Assembly: GCF_001194135.2 (NCBI RefSeq)
Contig: NC_068991.1
Span: 67,029,326 to 67,068,033, forward strand
Source of the DNA: Octopus bimaculoides
Lineage: Eukaryota
DNA: 38,708 nucleotides
Direction of reading: 5' to 3'
Shown: positions 11,801-23,800 of the stretch, piece after piece
Layout of the letters: every line of letters begins with the position of its first letter
How positions within the stretch are numbered: the first letter of the stretch is position 1
Translations under genes and position numbers: made by a program
Notes under the pieces: model-generated
What the model saw: only the letters and a program-made list of their open reading frames with translations
The model's database searches: none
Told to the model about the DNA's origin: nothing

Positions 11801-14800
11801 GAAATTGGTCAGGTTTTAAATATAGGTATTTGTTAGAAAATTGATGACTAGGAGAACTCTCTAATGCACTTTTACTGGTTTCAATATAGTTCACAATTTC
11901 TTTTTAATAAATACATATTTTTTATTTTTCTATCTTTCTTAAATTATTAATACAAATTTTCAATTTTCTGTTTATAATAAATTCATAGTCTGTAGAAAAA
12001 AACATAAATGGGCTGATTTGTTTTTTTTTTTAAAAACTACTTTTATTAATTTACATGTATATGTAGACTTGTTTTAATTATGAAATACTGTTATGAAATT
12101 AGTGGATTATGAGAAACGTGTAAAATAGTTCAGAGTTAATACTGAAATTTTTCCTTCAGAAATTCAATGGTCATGCTACTGAAGTATTACAATTATTACC
12201 TGTTGTTACGGATCCTAAGCAACATGAATCTTCGTATTTTCTTTCTGCTGCAGTTAACGATCGCCTTATTAGTGCTTGGTAAGTATTTCTCTTCCCATGC
12301 CCTTTGTTGTTTTTATTTGTGAACATACTATTGGGTTGTCCGGAAAGTTCATGCCGATTTTTAAAGGAAAGAAAAAGGTCAATAAATACTTGCCGTTACA
12401 TTTTTAATCAACCAAATATGAACCAATTTTGTTGCACAATGCGTCTCCATCTTTCCTTTAACTTGAAAATACCCTCTTCCCAGAATTGAGGTGGTTTCAT
12501 TTGTTTACTATTCTCTTCCCTAACAGGGCTATTAACTCAAACAAAGATGAGAAAAATGCCATAGCTTCATTTTCTCTTCCGGATGAACCAAAAACATTGG
12601 CTTTATCAAACTTAAAAGACCAGGTAAGCTTAATTTGCTCTGAAATTATCCTGTCTTTGTTACCAGATGTTTTTGTTTTGTTTTTCTTTTTTTCTTTTCT
12701 ATGCTAGTATGTGTTGTGTCAATCATTGATTGTGTTTTGCTTGATGTTTTAGCAATTAGTCCTCCATTTTGCTTTGACTCAAACTGCTGAATTTCTCCAC
12801 AAATTTAGAATGACTGCAGCCTGTATGAGAAAAGAGTTCCATAAGGTGGGGTGGTTGCTGCAGCAAGTATTGCTGGCCATTCTCTCTGGTAACACCTTTG
12901 CAATCATGTCCACAAGGCACGGCTAAATATGCCAGTTGTTCTGGAGTGTACAACTGTAACCCTCCCCACTGACTTCTACTACTTAATTCCTCCCTTTTTT
13001 TTTCCTTTGATGACATAGTTATGGGGATTTTTCTCTCGCTTCCATGCCGGTTGCACGTAAAAAACACCATTTGAGTGTGGCCGTTGCCAGTACTGCCGGA
13101 CTGGCCCTTGTGCCGGTGGCACGTAAAAAGCACCCACTACACTCTTGGAGTGGTTGGCATTAGGAAGGGCATCCAGCTATAGAAACTCTGCCAAATCAGA
13201 TTGGAGCCTGGTGTAGCCATCCGGTTCACCAGTCCTCAGTCAAACCGTCCAACCCATGCTAGCATGGAAAGCAGACGTTAAATGATAATGATGAATTTAA
13301 TCTTTTATACTTCTAATGTTTTTTTTTTTTCTTTTCTCCCTATAAAAATATGTTAATAAAAAGTACATTTTGAAAATGAGAAGAAAATGTTATTTGAATA
13401 AATATACTTAAATCAAACACCTCGTAATTCATTAAATGATTTGTGAGTCACAAAGTCAATAAAACCAACTGATATGATGTTATAACTTGTCTCCTGATAT
13501 TAGCAAATGAAAGTTATTGTTTAGCCCTGGGTCAACTGTGATCCAGCAGACCTTCATTCAAGTGTCCCAGTCATGACTATCTTTTCTTTATTCTGTTTTT
13601 TTATCTTTTTTTTTTTTTTTTACATATTTAGGACTACATTATCTAATAATCCCTTTAAAGATTGTACAGTGTGATTTGAGGGAGTATTATCTCAGATTTA
13701 TTTAGTATCAACATCTGTTGTGGATATTTTTACTCAAAGTGATTTACATTAGTCTTTGGTAAATGGATGTTGGTGTCAGGCTGGATTTGTTTGCAAAATG
13801 GTCAACTTGTTAAGATATTGGGCTACAAAAACAAAGTCGATGAGCTCAAATCTTACATCTAGTGTACAACAGATAAAAATATAATTTATTCTATTATTTT
13901 AAGCACAATTGCAACATAATATGTTGAGAAATTACTGGTCTTGTGTTCTTGCTCTGCATGTTGCACTTTGATTTTTCCAAACCTTTACTCAGTCCACCAG
14001 ATTCAACTGCTGAAAAATCAGCTTATTAGTGATGCCATCATTGGTAACTTTCCTAGCTATATCAGCACTATAATAGGTTGTGTGTTAACCTTTTCACGAC
14101 AATGTTTTTAACAAAATACCGTATCTCTTTTTTCACTTACTTTTTAAAACAATAATGGATTTGGAGAAAGTGAAATCGAAATTGAGTTAAATTTGACGTC
14201 TGGCACCCATTCCAACGTCGTCTCCCTCATTGGACACAAAACTCAGCTTGTGAAGACTTATTGAGGCAAGCGAAATCGGGATAGCACCTGTGCCCAGTGT
14301 CGTCTTTCTGGCACTTGTGCCCGCAGCATGTGTAAGGACTTTCGAGCGAGATCGTTGCCAGTGCCCCTGGACTGGCTCTTGTGCAGGTGGCACATAAAAT
14401 ACACCATTTTGAGCGTGGCCGTTGCCAGTACCGCCTGACTGGCCTTTGTGCTGGTGGCACGTAAAAAGCACCCACTACACTCTCTGAGTGGTTGGCGTTA
14501 GGAAGGGCATCCAGCTGTAGAAACCTTGCCAAATCAGATTGGAGCCTGGTGTAGCCATCCGGTTCACCAGTCCTCAGTCAAATCGTCCAACCCATGCCAG
14601 CATGGAAAGCGGACATTAATCGACCATGATGATGATGATTTCTCACTGAATTACATATTAAGGTTGTTGTTAGGAACTTGACTTTAGCAACAGGTTCTTA
14701 CACGTAATGGTGGGATGCTGTGGTTTTACATCAAAGAACCTGAGATAGATTCATATAAAGATTAACACTGGCAGACAATAATATACCTTTTACCCTCATT

Positions 14801-17800
14801 TATGTCTTTTGTTTTACAGTATTTTTTTCCTTCTTTCTTGTTTCCAGGTGAGACAAAATCATTTCTCTAAAAATCATTCCTGCTTCAAATAATACAATGT
14901 TGTTTTCCTTTTCTTTCTGCAGGCTATCTGTTTGTCTGTGGTCACTAAAAGTGGACAGTTGTTAATATTTGAACATGTCTTAAATGGGTAAGTCTTATTA
15001 TTTGATATATGAGAGTAAGTAAATATCGTAACAAAGATAAAGAGAGGAAGTTATGTAACGTTGGGTTTTACTCTATCTAGTTTGCTACTTCACAGTGCTA
15101 AGTTCAAAATACTATTGTATAAATCTTTTCTGCATTTTTTTTTTAACTCCTACAAAGAAAAGTCCAATGTCTATATTTCATTTTACCCTTTTGTAGACAT
15201 TTGTAATCAGAATGCATTGCCTGTATCCTCTTCCTGTTCTGCATCATCATGTCCATTTCTTGTGCATCAATTTGACGGGTCTTTTGTCTTAAGGTTTTGC
15301 CTCCTGAGATCAGCTTTTGCTACATTTTCCATGTGTTTGTCGGTCTTCTTCCACAGATTCCTTCCACTTCAATTGCTTGATACTTCTTTACCCAAATGTC
15401 ATCCTTTACGAACATCACATGTCTGTACCTTTAGCACACATCTACCTTCATATCCTTAATTGCCAAGCGGGATCACTGCCAGAGCAGCAGTCTCACTTCT
15501 GTGCCAGTGGCACGTAAAAAGCACCATTTGAGCACGGTCGTTTCCAGCTTCGCCTTGCTGGCACTTGTACCGGTGGCATGTGAACAAAACATTGGACTGA
15601 CTCCTGTGCAGGTGGGACGTAAAAAACACCATTTTGAGCGTGGCCGTTGCCAGTACCACCGGACTGGCCCTCGTGACGGTGGCACGTAAAAAGCACCCAC
15701 TACACTCTCGGAGTGGTTGGCGTTAGGAAGGGCATCCAGCTGTAGAAACGCTGCCAAATCAGATTGGAACCTGGTGTAGCCATTTGGTTCACCAGTCCCC
15801 AGTCAAATCGTCCAACCCATGCTAGCATGGAAAGCAGACGTTAAATCATGATGATGATGATGATTGTATAATTCTTGTGAACTCGCCCACCCACTTACCA
15901 TCTCCAGTCCCCAGTCCACTTCTCTATATATATACCTCCCTGTAACTTGGGTGTACAACTTCTATCTCCTCACGTCCCATCTTCATCTTTCTCTTCTCTC
16001 TCTCCTCGTCTGAGGGAACCATATGTGTCTTCTAATGCAAGACACTTTTCTGTCCTTCATTACCCCCCCCCCCCTCAGTTGAGGAGTTTTGTCCTGCAAG
16101 TTACTCTGTGACCCTCACTGCTGCTAGTGCCACATAAAAACCATCCAGTACATAATGTAATGTGGTTGGCATTAGAAAGGAAATCCAGACATAGAAACCA
16201 GGCCAAAATAGACAGCAGAGCTATGTGCGGCCTTCTGAATTGCCAGTTCCTGTTAAACCGTCCTGCCCATGCCGACATGGAAAGACAGACATTATATGAC
16301 GATGATAATGATCTTAGGTTTACTTGGATTATTTCCATTTCTCTCTTTCTCTCTCTCCCCTTCTCAATGTCAGGGAGATTAAGTGCACTGCTGTCATTAT
16401 ATACACTTCTCACCAACAATGTCCTCACCAGTGACCACACTGCTTTGTGGTCTACATTTCACACTCTGGTTCTTGTATCACAAAACATTAACAAACCTCA
16501 TACTTCCAGGTTCTCTCCCAACTGCACATGCATGGCATCAAGTTTCTCTTTACGTTACCTGATATTGTTTCCCACTTTCTTCCACTCTTTTCAAGCCTAT
16601 CTCTTCACCATCCAGTAGGACCTTTATAATTCTACTTACTCAACCATTTTACCATCATGTTAATTTCTATCTTGCTGGAACCTTTCTCCATTCATGAATT
16701 TAGTCTGTGGCTCAAATGAATCCCCAGTTGTCTTCTGCATTATAAGTTTCTATCTCCACTTCCTTACTGATGTCCATGGTGCATAGTATTTCTTTGAACC
16801 TTGAAAATAGTCAAGAATTTGGATTGTTAATTAGTAAACATTTAATATGTTTATTTATTCCATTTTCCTAACAAACATTCTTATGTAAAGCTCTGATTGA
16901 AATTTTACCTGCTAAAATACTTTAATGAAAATACAAAGTTTGGTAACAGGAGACCAGGAGCAGTTCTTTGGTAGCTTAGTATCAAAAAGATTAAAGCTGT
17001 TGAGACAGTTAATAAAGTGATAAGAACTCACCTGATTAAAATATTTTCCTATTTCTTTCAGAAAGATGAAAAAACCAATTCGTCCAAAAGTAACAATCAA
17101 GGTCGTCAATAGTTCTTCAGGAAAAACTCTTCCAATTTTAGTCTCTTACCCCACACAAGACAAGGATGGTACCATTCTGCTTGCACATAGTAGTTTTATT
17201 AAGCCTGTTTTTGAACAAGTGGCAAGTATCAGCATTTACTCTTTAACTTTTTTTTCAATTTTAGAATCTAAATCTCACTGTTTCTTCTTGTTTGTTGTTT
17301 CTTTTTTTTTTTTTGCCATTCTTTTTGTGTGTGTGTGCAATATGACCTGTCTTGCTTCATCATAAAACTTGGCAATAAAAAGCACATCTGGCCATACCTA
17401 TGCCTTGTTGTCAGTCTTGGTTTCTCACTGTTCATCCCATTGATTTCACCCACAGTCGATTACTACAATTGACGATCGTGGAGCATTGAATGTAGAATTG
17501 TCTTACATGGCTGCTTCTTGCATTAGTTGGTATAATCATCAGCTTCTCGTTATCTCATCATATCCTTTTCTACTATAGGCACAAAGCCTGAAATTTTTGG
17601 GGAGGGGGCCAGTTGATTAGATCAACCTCAGTACACAACTGGTACTTAATTTATCGACCCCGAAAGGAAGAAAGGCAAAGTCGACCTCAGCAGAATTTGA
17701 ACTCATATTGACAAGTCTTCTGTTAAAACTGATACAGTTTGCTTCTGATATCCACTGGTGAAATGTTTCTATTCTGAGTGGTTCTTTGTTAGAATTTTGT

Positions 17801-20800
17801 CTCCCAGTGTAGTTTATTGACACAAGTCTCTGTGGTAGTATGGATGATGCCATTTCTGTAAGGCTGGTGGTGTTTCACTGGTTCATTGCATTATCCTGGC
17901 AGATAACCAATTATCATATTCACCACAGGCATGGCTATGTGGTTGAGAAGCTTGCTTCCAACTATGCGATCTTGGGTTCTCACCTACTGTGTGGGCAAGT
18001 GCCTACTTCCATAGCTCTGGCCAAACAAATCCTTGTGAGTAAATTTGATAGAATGGAAACTGAAAGAAGCCATCGTACATATATGTATGTTTCTGTGTGT
18101 ACCCTGCTTTGACATCATGTGATAGCTGTGAATGAACATGTAGTAATATACTCACAAATTTTATAGCTGAATTGTATGTATTCTGTTTGTATCCTGATAT
18201 TGTATGTGTTTTAAACATTAATTTTTCTTTTCTTTTTTCATTCAATTCAGGCTTCTAAAAATATGACAGGAGAAATAATTGTAGAACATAAACCTTCTTT
18301 ACCAAGTCAATTCAGTGGCTCAAATGCTCAGAAAGTAAGTAACACCACAATTTCCTTTCCTCTGGGTTTTGGAGAATCTTAGAGTTTCATTATAACTCTT
18401 GTTGGTTGTTGACCTTATTAGTTTGATGGTTTTTATAATTTCTTATACTTCATTTGACCATGTATAGACTACTTCTGTCTGGTCACAGCTAATACTATGA
18501 ACACTGTTCAGTACAATGAACCAGGCCTGTTCTAAGTTCTTAACAATTCTGGTATCCAGTATGAGTCAGAAGAGTAATTGAAATGAGTTTCCATCAACAC
18601 CAAAGAACTCAGTTGTTCAATTAGCTATGTTATGTAGAAGGGTAAGCTGGCTATGAAGGAGTGATGCTAGAGCTGTGGAATCATCATCGTTTAACGTCCG
18701 CTTTCCATGCTAGCATGGGTTGGACGATTTGACTGAGGACTGGTGAAACCAGATGGCTACACCAGGCTAAAATCTGATTTGGCAGAGTTTCTACAGCTGG
18801 ATGCCCTTCCTAATGCCAACCACTCAGAGAGTGTAGTGGGTGCTTTTACATGTCACCCGCACGAAGGCCAGTCAGGCGGTACTGGCAACGGCCACGCTCA
18901 AAATAGTGTATTTTATGTGCCACCTGCACAGGAGCCAGTCAAGGGGCACTGGCAATTTCACCCCTTCTTATTAATAACTGCATTGTTTCTTTCCAGGTAA
19001 ACTGACATTTGACTGTTCACAGAAGACTTCAGATGTAACTAGTAGTGGCTTCTCTTGAAAATGGACAAAATTTAGCATCGTGGTGTTATCAAGTACCTGC
19101 AGAAAAAGAGTTTAGTCGACTAGGTCATTCATGCTGACACGGTTGCTACATTAGCGGTTGATGCCTCCAGCTTTATCGACAGTGCAAAAGAGGGAAGTTG
19201 AATTTAGGAGGGGAAGGGAAAGTTTTGAAACGGACCCAACGTCTGGACATCCAGCAACTGCCACCTGCAAGGAAAACATCCAAAGGGTTTTTGAACCCAA
19301 TATTTACACACTATTGTTTGTGGCTTTGTATTTTTTTGAGAATCCAAAAAGGAATTTTTTGATTGTGTAGAAATGTAAATTACATTCCAAACATTAGCTT
19401 AATACTGACAAAGTTGCTTTATTGAATTTTTCATTATTTTTGAAATTAATTAAAATTGTGGAAGAATATTTCAACAGAAATATGGTAACAATTGGGTTAA
19501 GCATTTTTACCAGTGACTAAGCTCTGAATCAGTAGTCAGGTTACATGAACATATGCTGCCTCTTTTCATATCTTCTTTTACAGCAGTGACTGTGTGGTAA
19601 GTAGCTTGCTTACCAACCACATGGTTCCGGGTTCAGTCCCACTGCGTGGCACCTTGGGCAAGTGTCTTCTACTATAGCCTCGGGCCGACCAAAGCCTTGT
19701 GAGTGGATTCGGCAGACGGAAACTGAAAGAAGCCCGTCGTATGTATGTATATGTCTGTGTTTGTCCCCCTAGCATTGCATGACAACTGATGCTGTTATGT
19801 CTATGTCCCCGTAACTTAGCGGTTCGGCAAAAGAGACCGATAGAATAAGTACTAGGCTTACAAAGAATAAGTCCCGGGGTCGATTTGCTCGACTAAAGGC
19901 GGTGCTCCAGCACGGCCGCAGTCAAATGACTGAAACAAGTAAAAAAGAGTAAGAGTAAAGATATACAGAAATTCATCAAAATTTTCCTGCTCAACTCTTC
20001 ACATGTTTCTGTGTGTTTTTTGCAGGTGATCCTTGGAGAAGTGTCAAAAGATACAACTATTTTAACTCCTAGTCATTTGGTATCAAGCGGTCCAAAAGTA
20101 GAAAACAACACAAATTTCTTAAGTAAAAAGAAACGAAAATCAGAGGTATGGCTAGACTTTTTTATTTATATCTGCTGCTTTATTTGCACATCCTTGTTGA
20201 GTGTTTTATACATTCTCATTCACATTGCTCTTTATTTTTCATCCTTTTTATTATTTTATACATTCCTTGTACACGTTGCTATATTTTTTTTTATACAATT
20301 TTGTACTCATTGGTAAGTTTATTATATATCCTTGTGTATACTACTATCTTTATTTTATACATTTTTGCTACGTTTAGTTTATTTTGTACATCCTCTACAT
20401 TCTGTTACAACTTTGTGCTTGAAATTTGTCTGTGTGTCTCTACTTTCAGCTTTCCTTACAAGAACGTCTAAAGGCCATCAACTATGATCAGTCAGTAGAA
20501 GTACCAACGACAAATCAACCTCCTCTTGCAGATTCTATGGCTGTTCTATTAACACAAGGCCTTACTAGTGAAGATAGATCAATTTTAGATGTAAGCTAGA
20601 TTTTATTTCATTCCTCATAACTGTTTTAAAATGTGGCTGTTGTAAGAGTTGACTATTGTTGTGAATGTTAATTCAAGTACACAGAAATGTTAAAACTCTC
20701 TTGTCGGTGCCATATTAAAAGCACCCATCACACTGTAAAATGGTTGGCATTGGGTAGGGCATCTAGCCATAGAAACCAAACCAAGTCAGACTGGACCCTG

Positions 20801-23800
20801 ATGCAGCTCTCTAACTTGCCAGCTTTGGTCAAACCATCCAACCCATGCCAGCATGGAAAATGACGTTAAAGGATGATGAAGAGGAGAAGGGGATGTTCTT
20901 TTCTTCTTATTATTCTTCTTCTTATTATTATTGCTATGTTTAGGTTCTACAGCTTAAAACAAAAAGATCAAATCTCATTGGTATTGTTTTTGTGTTGTAT
21001 CCATCTTTGATCAATATAAGTAGCAATGAGATTGTCTTTGCAGGTGTTTCTATCTGCTCTAAGAATTTCCATTAACAAACAGGTGCAGGCATGGCTGTGT
21101 GGTTACGAAGCTCACTTTGCAACCACTTAGTTTCAGGTTCAGTCCTACTGCATGACACCTTGGGTGAGTGTCTTTTATTATAGTCCTGGGCTGGCCAAAG
21201 CTATGTGAGTGGGTTGGGTCACTGGGAACTGAAACAAAAGCCTATTACGTTTGCATACATATGTGTGTACATGTGTTCATATTTCTTTGTCTTGATGTGA
21301 CACACTAATTGTAAGCAAAAATCATTGTCATATAAATGGTGTCGTTCATTCATAATTTTCTATGGAAACATGTCTGGTCATTATGTTATTCTCCATTTCA
21401 ATAAACTAGTAGAAATATTACCTTACATACCAGTGGCATGTAAAAAGCACCATCCAAACATGGCCGAATCCAGTGCCCCCCAAACTGGCTCCCATGCCGG
21501 TGACACATGAAAAGCACCATTTGAACGTGGTCGATGCCAGTGCTCCAGCATGGCCGCAGTCAAATGACTGAAACAAATAAAGAATAAAGAAATGTATAAC
21601 TACTCTAGCCAGTGTATTGAGTTCTATACCAGATAATGTTTGCACTATCTAAAATCATCATTTCATGTATACTTTTCAAATTGTCATCTGTTGTACAGTT
21701 TGGCAGGATCTGCTGTGCCACAAGCCTGCATCGATCTCCAGTATCAGCTTTGGCATTGTTTCTGTAGCCAGATGCCCTTCCTACTGCCAACAACTTTCCA
21801 GGATGTACTGGGTGATTTTTTTCTCATGCTGCCAACACTAGTGAGGTTGCCATCTAACTTGCAAAACAGGAGAAGAATGGGGGGGGGGGCTAGTAAAGGG
21901 AAAGGCTCCCACTACTAAGAGGCCAAGGTGGGTGGCTTTATGCTAGGTGTTGAAAGGCTATAAAGTATGATGGAAGGACAAGCACAGGTGTCTTGCTATA
22001 GAAGAGATGCATGGCTGAAAGAGATAAAAGGAACTTAGTGATGGAGTGCTGGAGCAAACTCTCAAGGTTGAATGTGAGTATATGAGAGGATATGGGTAAT
22101 GGGATATGAAAATGGATTCTTTCATAAGAGTGTGAAGTGGGAGTAAAAAAGATGGTTAACCATGGGGGTAAAGGTGAATGTAGTGGGATGATGAACAAAA
22201 GTGGAAGTGCAGTTGACTGGAAATACCAGTATGAAAAGGGATAAGATGAGAGCTATGGAAGTTGCTCAGGAAGTAGATTAAATTAGAATGTAGTGGGATG
22301 ATGTGCAAGGTGTTTTTTTTTTTTTTACATAACTATACATATTTATTTGCTCGTAGTACAATGTTTTGTCGTATTTATATGTGTTTTACTATGAAATAAT
22401 TTTCTACATTTATCCATGTTTAATCAGGGGTTTCCAATCAAATGTCTTTTAGTAAACAACAAATAAAGGAATTCAAATTGATATATATTGTCTCATTTTT
22501 AAATTAGGCCCATGAAGACCATTTGGGGTTGAATTAATTGGTTTGATTGTTATTTAATAATTCATCTGAAATCTTACACATATCCCTCTCAAATCTGTGA
22601 TAAAGGTAACTGTAGGCTACTTATTAAAATGTCTTGTTAAATTTGTTGTGTCACACTTGATTGTGTATGATTGATTTGTTTCCTTTCTTTTTTCTCAGAA
22701 TGTTCTTCGTAAAGAGCACAGTGAAGCTATTATACAGAATACAGTAAGAAAATTAAATATACAAGCTGTTATTCCTTTAATGAATGAACTTTCTCGGCGA
22801 ATGAGTACACCACATTTAGTGTAAGTTGACTCTTGAATCCTTCTGAATTATTTCCCTTCACTACCCTACCCACTGTACCAGTTTCAATAGCAGAATAAGG
22901 CTGCACCAGGCTCCAATCTGATCTGACAGAGTCTCTACAGCTGGATGCCCTTCCTAACGCCAACCACTCCGAGAGTGTATATTCATGACTACATTTTCCC
23001 AGATGTCGACGAGGGTATGAACTGAGTAAAGTTTTGACTGCCATTTCTTGGAATTGGACGAATGCATTGAGGATGCTCCTCTGGATTATATGTCTGTCAG
23101 TTTGGCTCTTGTGTAACATAAATTAGATTGATGCAATCTTTGCATTGCCACCAGATTTACAAATGCTCAGGAGAATAATACTGTGGATTACGTTGGTCCT
23201 ACTTCATACCTGCAGCTGGATTTGAAGAAGTGAAGGGCAAAAGTTGACCTCAGCTGTATAGTCAAACTATGAATGAATACCATGGACAAATATAAACATT
23301 GACTACCACTCCTATCAACTTAGCTTAATACATGCTGGTATATTCAGTTGTCCTGAAATTGTTATTTGTATATGAAGCTAGAATCAAATTCTGTAATATA
23401 AATTATGGAAATGTTTGATTCACTGAACTCTTAAATAACCATTTTAAATCAGTTTTTTTTTCTTATAGATATGGTTTGATTAAATATTTTTTGTTTTGTT
23501 TCTCTTCAGATTGCCAATATATGTCCAATGGGTTAAAGTTGTTTTATCCATCCACACGTCATACCTAATGTCAGTAAGTATAGCACAGCCTATTGTCATA
23601 AACTATTCATGAATTTTAACTTCGCTATTTCTCAATGTAGTGAACAGTCCTTATTATTAAACTATGAAGGTGCTGAGCTGGCAGAATTGTTAGCACACTG
23701 GGCAAAATGCTGTTCTGAATTCTGCCGAGGTCGACTTTGCCTTTCATCCTTTCGGGGTCAAAAAATTAAGTACCAGTGAAACACTGGGGGTCGATGTAAT

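Noticed and set aside
12756-13133. 125-aa minus-strand ORF
   Set aside because: It begins inside a family A repeat, and the remainder shows no recognisable domain or splice signals.
18690-18800. CTGAGGA-CTGGT-GAAAC in family A repeats, resembling a hammerhead core
   Set aside because: The five bases between the boxes cannot form helix II, no helix I closes at an NUH, and it lies antisense to the element.
18975-19000. Second AG|GT site (TTTCTTTCCAG|GTAAAC) in intron 9
   Set aside because: It falls at the upstream edge of the mariner relic, so it is more simply transposon leader sequence.
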